Origin: Candidatus Marinacidobacterales bacterium
GTDB taxonomy: Bacteria; Acidobacteriota; Vicinamibacteria; Marinacidobacterales; SMYC01
DNA length: 64,000 bases
Direction: 5' to 3'
Assembly: GCA_965224085.1 (NCBI GenBank)
Contig: CBDCYI010000004.1
Coordinates: forward strand, 704,001 to 768,000
In this document: positions 10,942 through 19,019 of the stretch, in pieces
Layout: each line of letters opens with the position of its first letter
Position numbering within the stretch: the first letter of the stretch is position 1
Notes under the pieces: model-generated
What the model was told of the DNA's origin: nothing
Database searches by the model: none
The model's input: the letters and a program-made list of their open reading frames with translations, nothing else
Translations under genes and position numbers: made by a program

Positions 10942-11368
10942 AGCTCTGGTTCCTCTTGATTGGGCTAGTTGGGCTAATCAGCGCATGCGCCAAGCAAGAC
11001 GGCGTCGACAAGGTGGTCTTCAATGAAAAGATCGTCACCCTCGACCGTTCCTCTTACGGGCTGCAGACGATGCCCAGAGGGCCCTACATCGCCATTGTCC
11101 GCGGATTGAACGAGCGCGGCTGGCGGGTCGGAACGTACGCCGTCGGCGACGCCGTTATCGATCTCGTGCTCGAAGCTTACGAGCGAGCGAAGACGAAAGC
11201 ATCGTCGACGAGAGATGGGCCATCGAGCACGGCTTCATCCCGAGAGCGGAGCACTTCGCTCGCCTGAGAGCCCTTGGGCTCCATGTGGCCGCCCAGCATC
11301 ACCTCTATCTCGCCGCGCCGAGTCTCATCAAATATTGGGGACAGGAGCCCGCCGAGTGGGTGACGCCA
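10938..11368 (+). pseudogene. Amidohydrolase-3 (YtcJ-like) remnant with a large internal deletion
   Basis: Lipoprotein-like signal plus DKVVFNEKIVTLD fused to GWRVGTYAVGDAVIDLVLEAYE. A shifted frame gives RWAIEHGFIP...HVAAQHHLY...KYWG. Truncated. Confidence 0.72.
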
Positions 11369-11627
11369 GATAGTCGATGAATCCCATGTTCACCACGGCG
11401 AGATAAGTGCAGCAACCGAAGCCGAGCACACGATCGCCGCGGCGGGCGACGAGGTAGTTGAAATTGAATGGCCGACTCAAGCCGAGACGCGATTCCACGA
11501 GATGCTCGTAGAAATAGCGCTTGGGCATCTGCTCGTCGCGCGGAAAGACCCGGCGATGCAAGGCGTAAGAAGCGCGAAAGAGCGGAGAGCGAACGTCTTC
11601 GACCGACTCGATCAGGATTTCCGACAT
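11365..11627 (-). pseudogene. GNAT-like acetyltransferase, N-terminal fragment
   Basis: YALHRRVFPRDEQ...YLVARRGDRVLGF...MGFIDYLA. Ends head-on at the amidohydrolase remnant. Confidence 0.6.
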
Positions 11628-11654
11628 CGCAAAACGCAGGGTCAACTACCGTCC

Positions 11655-14345
11655 TCAGCTGACTTGAATGCGGGCCAACGCGTCCATCGCAGCGTTGGCG
11701 ACGTTCGTATCGGAGGCTTCCACTGCAGATTCTAGCACTCGCACGCTTCGAACCGAGCGGAGATTCCCGAGTGCTTCGAGTGCGAGGGCACGAGCGTCGC
11801 CCGGGTCGCCGGCGAGCCGCTCGAGCCTGTCCACCGCCCATGCGTCTGCGCGCGCTTCGAGCCCGAGGCATGCGATACGCGCGGCCATCGCGTCGCCGCT
11901 TAGCAAGCCTTGCTCCAAAGCGGCGCGCAACATGAGATCCACTGGCTTTGACGGACTTGTTTCGCGAAAACAAGCGCAGGCGAGCACGAGGTCTCTCTCG
12001 ACGAGATGCTCGACCAGACGAGCGCCGTCGTTTTTCAGACCACCCAAAAACGGCACGGAGCCGTGAAACGGTCCGCGGCTCAAGTTCAATGGCCGGACAG
12101 TGTCGCCATCGATCTGGCGCCAATCGGCACGCTGAATCAAGTTCACGATCGTGCTCGGTGCGCCGGTCCGGAGCGCGTAAGCGGTCAGGAACTCTTGGAA
12201 GGCCAGGTTGGGAAACGCAAAGGCGGTTGGACCTCGCAAAAGGCGAGTCTTAGAGACCTCCACCACGAGCTCTTCGGCGCTCATCGCCCCGATGCTGCGA
12301 AAGGCGACCGCTTGGGCGAGCGCCGCCGCATCTTCGGTGCGACGGCGGTCCTCGAGGTCCTTCTTCACGAGCGACACGCGGTCGGACTTGCTCATGAAAA
12401 ACGCCAATTGCGGCAAGAGGTCTTCGCGCGCGAGTGTCGATCCCGCGACCCGCAGGAAAGAATGAAAGATCCCCGTAACACTAGTGGGGACACGGGCGCC
12501 TTCGCGCCACAAGCGCCGCGCGAACGCGAGCAGTTGTGGATTACCGGCGCGCGCGCCTAACGTTTTCGTGAGCTGCGCGTAGAGAATCTTCGCCGATTCG
12601 GCGCGGACCCCGCCATTGTGCATCAGGAAGTCCATCGCTTCCCATTCGGCAAATGGCAGCATCTCGACCCAGTTTGGTATCTCGACCGCGCGCGTGCTCG
12701 GAAGGCGCGAGCTCACAACGAAGCGATTCAAGGGGTAGCGCCGCATGAAATGGTTCAAGGCATCGGTGCGGCGGGCGGTTCCTTCCGCGCTCAGGCCGTC
12801 GAGCCCGTCGAACAGGAACAGGAAGCGGCCCTCGTCGAGATCGCTCGCGAATAGATCTCGGTCGTATTCTTCCGCAAGAAACTCGAAGAGATCCTCGGAC
12901 TCCCGGAGGTCAGCAAGCGCCAGATAGATCGGCAGCGGCGACTTCTTTTCGTAGGCCAGGATGGGCTGCGCTGCTTCGTAGAACAAGCGATACAGCGCCA
13001 TGCTCTTACCGGAGCCCCCTTCACCGAACAACAGCAGACGCTGAAAGCGGCGCGAAAGCTCGCACGCGCTCTGTGGCTGTCCCAGAAAATCGGCGGCGAC
13101 CACATAGCCGACGAGCGGCTGCGTGCGCGGCATCCACCGCAGAAGCTGCGGGAAGTAGCGCTCCGGCTTTGGCCAGAAACGGTTCAGGCTTTCGCGCAAG
13201 CGACGGCGATAGCGGCCCTCGGAGATTTGATAAGCATCCGTCGAGCTCCCGCTCGCCGCGTTTTCGAAGATCGCCGCGTCTTTGCGAGAAAGATAGATCC
13301 CGGGCATCATCCATTCACCCTGGGATGGAAATTGCGAGCGCGCCGCGCTGCACGCGGCCGCGAGCGCGGCGTCCACGGGCTGGAGGGCGACGAGAGCCCT
13401 GTAGAGCTCGAGCGTATAGAGCTCGAGAAGCTCATCGGATAGGCTGTCACGTTGACTGAGCATGGCGGGTACCGCGTCGAGCAAGCCGTCGGCGAAAGTG
13501 GGCGCGAGCGCACCCGCTCCTGAGCCACCGCTCCAAATAACGAGGGCCGGGCTGCTCGCCGCGAGCACTCGCGCCAAGGCGACGAGCTCGATCTCGCCGT
13601 GCGCCGACGGGAAAACGGCTCCCTCCCCATCCCTGGTCGCGTCTGCAATGAGGTGCACGACGTCGAAATTCTGTGCGAGAAGGGCCTCGGCGGTGAGGTC
13701 GTCTCCACCAAGCTCAGAGCCGGCCTCGACCACTTGGGCGACGCCCTCGGCTTCGAGCTCGGAGAGAGCTTGGGCCGCGACGCGAGCCACCCGTGTCACG
13801 CGCGACGCTGACGGGCCGTAGCCGGATTGCGCCACGAGAAGCACTTTGAGCGGGTGTCTTGCCGCGACGGGCTGCGGTGCCCTCGCTCGAGGCGCTACGT
13901 ATCGTACGAGCGTCACGTCCCTGCACGTGCTCAAAAACTTCTCTTCTCGGGTGTCGTAGAGGCACTCCCAAGGAAGACGCGCGACGATCGTGGGCTCGAG
14001 CTTGAGCCGCACCCGCAGCCTGGCACCCGTATGGCGCACCTGCTCCCGCAAGTGGACGTAGAGGCGAAGGATCTCACCGTGAAACAACGCGTCGAATAGG
14101 CGAGCGCCCACATAGTGGAGCTCTCGCGAGCTCAGCTCTTCCAGTCGATCCGCGAATCGAACGAAGCTGCGATCGTCGAAAGGCAAATAGCAACGGACCG
14201 ACGGCGTTGTGCGGCCAAATTCCTCCTCGGCTTTGGCGCGGAACATCCCCGGTATCTCGTCGGGCCACACCGAAACGAATAGATCTCTATATTCGATGGA
14301 CAACATGACCGAGTGCGCCTCGTGGGGGAGATCGGCGCGCTCCAA
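11655..14345 (-). CDS. CHAT-like (inactive) + NACHT NTPase + HEAT-repeat protein
   Basis: RLRVRLKL...LPWECLYD...LVRY and EWMMPGIY (CHAT). Walker A GEGGSGKS, Walker B FLFLFDGLDG, FVVSSR, GNPQLL, FPNLAFQEFLTA. C-terminal ALEALGNL repeats. Confidence 0.82.
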   Translation of the reverse strand: MERADLPHEAHSVMLSIEYRDLFVSVWPDEIPGMFRAKAEEEFGRTTPSVRCYLPFDDRSFVRFADRLEELSSRELHYVGARLFDALFHGEILRLYVHLREQVRHTGARLRVRLKLEPTIVARLPWECLYDTREEKFLSTCRDVTLVRYVAPRARAPQPVAARHPLKVLLVAQSGYGPSASRVTRVARVAAQALSELEAEGVAQVVEAGSELGGDDLTAEALLAQNFDVVHLIADATRDGEGAVFPSAHGEIELVALARVLAASSPALVIWSGGSGAGALAPTFADGLLDAVPAMLSQRDSLSDELLELYTLELYRALVALQPVDAALAAACSAARSQFPSQGEWMMPGIYLSRKDAAIFENAASGSSTDAYQISEGRYRRRLRESLNRFWPKPERYFPQLLRWMPRTQPLVGYVVAADFLGQPQSACELSRRFQRLLLFGEGGSGKSMALYRLFYEAAQPILAYEKKSPLPIYLALADLRESEDLFEFLAEEYDRDLFASDLDEGRFLFLFDGLDGLSAEGTARRTDALNHFMRRYPLNRFVVSSRLPSTRAVEIPNWVEMLPFAEWEAMDFLMHNGGVRAESAKILYAQLTKTLGARAGNPQLLAFARRLWREGARVPTSVTGIFHSFLRVAGSTLAREDLLPQLAFFMSKSDRVSLVKKDLEDRRRTEDAAALAQAVAFRSIGAMSAEELVVEVSKTRLLRGPTAFAFPNLAFQEFLTAYALRTGAPSTIVNLIQRADWRQIDGDTVRPLNLSRGPFHGSVPFLGGLKNDGARLVEHLVERDLVLACACFRETSPSKPVDLMLRAALEQGLLSGDAMAARIACLGLEARADAWAVDRLERLAGDPGDARALALEALGNLRSVRSVRVLESAVEASDTNVANAAMDALARIQVS

Positions 14346-14489
14346 CCGTCTTTCGACTATGAAGGTTTGCTATGAATGCTGCTCTTCTAAACTAGCACGA
14401 TCGGCGTTGTTAAGGTTGGATTGTTTCGGATAACGAGAGCACTTTGCGAATCGCCGCCACGGTCGCGTTCGCCCGCATTCGAAAGCTCA

Positions 14490-15275
14490 TCAAGAATGAA
14501 AATTAGCTTGCATCGTGCTCTGACGATAGTCATCCCCGTCGATCCGCACGTCCCGGCACATTTCGTAGAGGCGCGATCGCAGCCGCACGGTGATGCGATC
14601 CGCGAGCGTCGCCTCTGCCGCCCCCATGCGAGCGGATAGTTTGTTGACCGCGACCGGCCCCGTGCTCGTCGGCTTGTCGGAGTAGTTGGTCGTGATGATT
14701 GTCAGCTTCTTTTCGTTGTAGCGTTGATTGAGGATATAGAAGAATGTATCGAGAACCCAGAGCGTCGGGCTTTCCCCACCAAGGTCGTCGAGCACGAGCG
14801 GCTCCGCTTGAAGCACCGGCCTCAAGACCTCCATCTCCGTCGCTGCTGTATCCGGGTGATAGGAGCCCTTTATCTCGCGCAGCAAAGAGCGAAAATCGCA
14901 AAAAAGCGCCGGCGCCGCAATTTCGCGCTCGAGCAGAATTCGCCGAAGCACCGCCACCGAGAGATGGGTTTTCCCGACACCCGGCGGTCCGCTGAGCAAA
15001 AGCCCCGCCTCTGCGTCGGGAAATCGCTCCGCCCAACTCTCCGCGACTTTTGTCGCGCGTTCGAGGCTCGGCTTCAACCCGTCGAAGGGGCGGCCGCCGC
15101 TTCGCCCGTCGAACGCGCATTCTCGATAGCGCGTGGGGACACCGGCCTTCGCCATCGCAGAGTCGTGGCGGTCCCCGACCCAACAGGCGCAGCGAATGAC
15201 CGCGTCGACGCCGTCGCGCTCGACGCGCCTCCAGGAAGTGTCGGCGCACTCGGAGCAGGCGATGTGCTCGCTCAA
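14490..15275 (-). CDS. DnaC/IstB-like AAA+ ATPase with N-terminal Zn-binding motif
   Basis: CSEC...CAC, GVPTRYRECAF, GPPGVGKTHL, LVLDDLG, ILNQRYNEKKLTIITTN, RLRSRLYEMC. Confidence 0.85.
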   Translation of the reverse strand: MSEHIACSECADTSWRRVERDGVDAVIRCACWVGDRHDSAMAKAGVPTRYRECAFDGRSGGRPFDGLKPSLERATKVAESWAERFPDAEAGLLLSGPPGVGKTHLSVAVLRRILLEREIAAPALFCDFRSLLREIKGSYHPDTAATEMEVLRPVLQAEPLVLDDLGGESPTLWVLDTFFYILNQRYNEKKLTIITTNYSDKPTSTGPVAVNKLSARMGAAEATLADRITVRLRSRLYEMCRDVRIDGDDYRQSTMQANFHS

Positions 15276-15709
15276 GAGTCCTTCTTCACGAGATCGCGTG
15301 GAGGCAGGCGGACGAGGGCATTCTGGACACGGTCTTTCCAGCCGTCCTCTTGCCGGCCCATCTCCCGCTGAACGTATTCGATGAACTCGCTGATCTCGCT
15401 CTGCATCTTTTCCATCTTCTGCCGCATGTTGAGGATTATCTCGACGCCGGCGAGATTGACGCCCAGATCTCGCGTCAAGTTCAAAATCGTCTCGAGCTCA
15501 CGCAAATCTTCTTCGGCATAGAGACGCGTATTGCCTTCCGTTCGCGACGGCGCCAAAAGCCCTTCACGCTCGTAGAGCCGGAGCGTCTGAGGATGGATCC
15601 CGTAGGTCTCGGCGACGGCGCTAATCATGTAGTAACCCTTGCCCTTGCCCTTGCCCCGATTGCGCGGTCCGTCCGAGCCCCCTGTTGCTGATGGTGTCGA
15701 CTTTTTCAC
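15272..15709 (-). CDS. hspR: MerR-family heat-shock repressor HspR
   Basis: YMISAVAETYGIHPQTLRLYEREGLLAPSRTEGNTRLY...LGVNLAGV. Overlaps the dnaJ stop. Confidence 0.9.
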   Translation of the reverse strand: MKKSTPSATGGSDGPRNRGKGKGKGYYMISAVAETYGIHPQTLRLYEREGLLAPSRTEGNTRLYAEEDLRELETILNLTRDLGVNLAGVEIILNMRQKMEKMQSEISEFIEYVQREMGRQEDGWKDRVQNALVRLPPRDLVKKDS

Positions 15710-16824
15710 CTGGGTGCTCCTTCCGGACTCTTGCGGAGCGACTCGCGGGCGTCCATCGGGTTCAGCCGGTCGAGCTCACGCAAAAGCTCACGGGAGCGAT
15801 CGTCGTAGACCGTCGGGGTCACGACGTGAATAACGACGAACAAGTCGCCGCGACCCTCGGCGCTTCGACGCGAGCGTGCGCCCCGTCCGGATAACTTCAG
15901 CTTCTGTCCCGATTGCACTCCCGCCGGCACGCGCAACGTGACATCGCCATCCGGCGTCGGCACATCGAGCTTCGCACCGAGCGCCGCCTCGGCGAACGAG
16001 ATCGGCACCGTGCAAAACAAATTGTCCCCTTTGCGCGAGAACAGAGTGTCGGGCTGGACTTGAATATGGATGTAGAGATCCCCGGGACGGCCCGAGCCTC
16101 TTCCTTGATTGCCCATTCCCGGAACAGAAAGTTTGTCTCCATCCGAGACGCCGGCCGGGATCTCGACCGAGATCGTCTGCTCTTCCGTGTCGCGTCCCCC
16201 GCCGGCGCAATCGGGGCACCGCTCGCGCGCGACCATGCCCGCGCCGCGGCACTTTTCGCAGGGCTTCGCGAAGAGCATGAAGCCGCGCGTTTGTGTCGCA
16301 CGGCCCCGCCCGCCGCAAGCGCTGCAAGGCCGCGGCTGACTAGCGGGAATCTCCCCGAAACCTTCGCACGTTTCGCACGAAACTTGTCGGCCCACGCGAA
16401 AACGACTATCGATCCCATGGAGAGATTCCTTGAAAGAGATATTCAATCGGTGGTGAATATCTTCTCCGTCCGGGCGAGTGATACCAGAGCTCGCCGTCGG
16501 TCGGCGGAACAAGTCTGGAAAGATGTCGACCTCCCGACGTTCCTCGAGCGAGAAGTCGAACCCTTCGAAACCGTAGCGGACGGGCTCCGTGTGCCGCGGC
16601 GCCTCAGGCTCCGCTCCGATATTGTCGTAGCGCTCGCGGCGGTCCGGGTCAACGAGAACTTCGAACGCCTCCGCGATACGCTGGTAGTGCACCGCCGCGA
16701 CGTTGTCTCCAGGATTGATATCGGGGTGGTACTTGCGTGCGAGCCTTCGGAAAGCGCGACGGATTTGGGTTCTCGAGGCGCTCGCCTCCACGCCAAGAAG
16801 CACGTAATAGTCGTTCCGGGCCAT
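15706..16824 (-). CDS. dnaJ: DnaJ chaperone
   Basis: J domain with HPD, four CxxCxGxG repeats, C-terminal GDLY...EAALG domain. Confidence 0.93.
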   Translation of the reverse strand: MARNDYYVLLGVEASASRTQIRRAFRRLARKYHPDINPGDNVAAVHYQRIAEAFEVLVDPDRRERYDNIGAEPEAPRHTEPVRYGFEGFDFSLEERREVDIFPDLFRRPTASSGITRPDGEDIHHRLNISFKESLHGIDSRFRVGRQVSCETCEGFGEIPASQPRPCSACGGRGRATQTRGFMLFAKPCEKCRGAGMVARERCPDCAGGGRDTEEQTISVEIPAGVSDGDKLSVPGMGNQGRGSGRPGDLYIHIQVQPDTLFSRKGDNLFCTVPISFAEAALGAKLDVPTPDGDVTLRVPAGVQSGQKLKLSGRGARSRRSAEGRGDLFVVIHVVTPTVYDDRSRELLRELDRLNPMDARESLRKSPEGAPR

Positions 16825-16836
16825 GTTCGTTTCTGT

Positions 16837-18735
16837 CTATTTCTTCTCGTCCGAGTCCACGATCTCGGCGTCGATGACATCCTCGCCGTCCAACTGAGAG
16901 CCCTCGGCGGCTTGCGAGGCGTCGGCGCCGGTCTCGTCGGTTTCTTGGTACATGAACTCGGCGAGCCGGTAGCTCGCTTTTTGGAGCACCTCCCGTGCGT
17001 TGCGAATCCCTTGCACCTCCTTTTCATTGAGCGCTTTGCGGGCATCGTCGAGTGCTGCCTCGATCTGCTTGGCGTCCGTTTCCGGGATCTTCTCACGGTG
17101 CTCGTTGAGAAGCTTCTCGGTCTGATAGATGAGGTTGTCGGTCTCGTTCTTCTCCTCGACTTCCTCGCGACGCTTTTTGTCGTCCTCGACATTGAGCTCT
17201 GCGGTCTTGCGCATCTGGTCGATTTCTTGGTCGCTGAGCCCGCTCGACGCGGTGATCGTGATCGCCGTTTGCTTGCCTGTCGCCATGTCCTTCGCAGAAA
17301 CGTTCAAAATGCCGTTTGCGTCGATATCGAACGTGACTTCGATTTGCGGCACTCCACGTACCGCCGGGGGGAGCCCCACAAGATGGAATCTTCCGAGGGT
17401 GCGGTTGTCCACCGACATCGAGCGCTCGCCCTGCAGGACGTGAACTTCGACCTGGGTCTGGTTGTCGGCGGCGGTCGAGAACACTTCGCTCTTCTTGTGG
17501 GGAATGGTCGTGTTGCGCTCGATGAGTTTCGTGAACAAGTTGCCGAGGGTCTCGATCCCGAGAGAAAGCGGCGTCACGTCGAGGAGCAAAAGGTCTTTGA
17601 CCTCGCCTCCGAGAACGCCTGCTTGTACGGCAGCACCGAGAGCGACCACTTCATCGGGATTGACACCCTTGTGGGGCTCCTTGCCGAAAAGCTCCTTCAC
17701 GATCTCTTGGACCTTCGGGATACGCGTCGAGCCGCCGACGAGCACCACCTCGTCGATCTCGGAAGCCTTGAGTCCGGCATCTTCAATCGCCTGCTTGCAG
17801 GGCGCGACCGTCTTTTGAACGAGATCGTCGATCAGCTGCTCGAGCTTCGAGCGCGACAGACGTCCCGAGAGATGTTTGGGTCCGCTGGAATCGGCCGTGA
17901 TGAACGGAAGATTGATCTCGGTCTCCATCGTCGAGGAGAGCTCGATCTTCGCCTTTTCCGCCGCTTCTTTCAGGCGCTGAAGCGCCATCCGGTCTTTCGA
18001 AAGATCGACACCGTCCGAGGACGAGAACTCATCGATGAGCCAATCGATAATTCTCTGATCGATATTATCGCCACCGAGATGGGTATTGCCGTTGGTGGAC
18101 TTGACTTCCACAACGCCTTCACCGACCTCGAGGATCGAGATGTCGAAGGTGCCGCCGCCAAAATCGAAAACGGCGATCTTTTCGTCTTTCTTCTTGTCGA
18201 GACCATAGGCGAGTGCCGCCGCCGTGGGCTCGTTGACGAGCCGCATGACTTCGAGCCCAGCGATTTCGCCAGCGTCCTTGGTCGCTTGACGTTGGCTGTC
18301 GTTGAAGTGGGCCGGAACGGTGATGACGGCTTGTTCAACCTTTTCGCCGAGATAGTCCTCCGCGGCAGACTTGAGCTTTTGGAGCACCATTGCCGAGATT
18401 TCGGGCGGCGAATAATGGTGCCCTTTAATGTCCACTCGGGCATCGCCATTCTCTTCTTTGACGACTTTGAAGGGGACCATTTGCATTTCTTCCGAGACCT
18501 CGTCGAAACGACGTCCCATGAAGCGCTTGATCGAGAAAATCGTGTTCTCGGGGTTGGTGATAGCTTGCCGCTTGGCGACTTGTCCAACGAGCCGCTCGTT
18601 GCCTTTCGCGAAAGCGACGACGGAAGGCGTCGTACGGCCGCCCTCGGGATTCGTGATGACCGCCGGGTTCCCACCTTCCATAACGGCCACGACCGAATTG
18701 GTGGTTCCCAAGTCGATCCCGATGATTTTGGTCAT
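16837..18735 (-). CDS. dnaK: Chaperone DnaK
   Basis: [52 protein letters not shown] before the ATG at 18735. Confidence 0.98.
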   Translation of the reverse strand: MTKIIGIDLGTTNSVVAVMEGGNPAVITNPEGGRTTPSVVAFAKGNERLVGQVAKRQAITNPENTIFSIKRFMGRRFDEVSEEMQMVPFKVVKEENGDARVDIKGHHYSPPEISAMVLQKLKSAAEDYLGEKVEQAVITVPAHFNDSQRQATKDAGEIAGLEVMRLVNEPTAAALAYGLDKKKDEKIAVFDFGGGTFDISILEVGEGVVEVKSTNGNTHLGGDNIDQRIIDWLIDEFSSSDGVDLSKDRMALQRLKEAAEKAKIELSSTMETEINLPFITADSSGPKHLSGRLSRSKLEQLIDDLVQKTVAPCKQAIEDAGLKASEIDEVVLVGGSTRIPKVQEIVKELFGKEPHKGVNPDEVVALGAAVQAGVLGGEVKDLLLLDVTPLSLGIETLGNLFTKLIERNTTIPHKKSEVFSTAADNQTQVEVHVLQGERSMSVDNRTLGRFHLVGLPPAVRGVPQIEVTFDIDANGILNVSAKDMATGKQTAITITASSGLSDQEIDQMRKTAELNVEDDKKRREEVEEKNETDNLIYQTEKLLNEHREKIPETDAKQIEAALDDARKALNEKEVQGIRNAREVLQKASYRLAEFMYQETDETGADASQAAEGSQLDGEDVIDAEIVDSDEKK

Positions 18736-18763
18736 GGGTGCTCCTTCTCTGTATCCCTGGTAT

Positions 18764-18818
18764 TCTGACAGAGATTCAGTCAAACAAAACCATACGATAT
18801 GAGTCCGAATTTGTCAAT
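18764..18818 (-). promoter_or_regulatory. sigma70 promoter of the dnaK operon with two HAIR-like operators
   Basis: Minus strand TTGACA(18817-18812)-17 nt-TATGGT(18794-18789). Plus-strand TATGAGT-N7-TGTCAAT (18798-18818) and TCTGACA-N7-AGTCAAA (18764-18784) resemble HAIR CTTGAGT-N7-ACTCAAG. Confidence 0.72.
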
Positions 18819-18949
18819 TTTCTTATCTCGAAACGACGACAAAGTTGTCCCCAAAGAGTGACTTCGATCACATTTCGCCCACCAGTCATGTCTCGAGCAA
18901 CCTCTTTGTTTTCAATTCTTTCAGCCATTTGCGCTCGCGGACCGCTCCG

Positions 18950-18965
18950 TGGTATAGAGGTTGCA
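18950..18965 (+). promoter_or_regulatory. sigma54 -24/-12 promoter
   Basis: TGGTAT-AGAGG-TTGCA with correct GG-N10-GC spacing, about 55 nt before the FecR/DUF6600 start. Confidence 0.65.
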
Positions 18966-19019
18966 TCTGAGATGATTAGGGCGTGTCGGGCGCTCGCATA
19001 TTCTCAGGAGGATCGGGAA

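Noticed and set aside
14490-15275. IS21 element (IstB)
   Set aside because: No IstA transposase or terminal repeats. The gene is coupled to hspR and has a DnaC-like N-terminal Zn motif.
15913-18768. 951-aa plus-strand ORF
   Set aside because: It is the antisense shadow of dnaK/dnaJ, a well-known effect of codon bias in GC-rich genomes. No motifs of its own.
18738-19019. N-terminal extension of the 752-aa ORF
   Set aside because: It spans the dnaK promoter and the sigma54 site. The SD and signal peptide point to a start at 19020.
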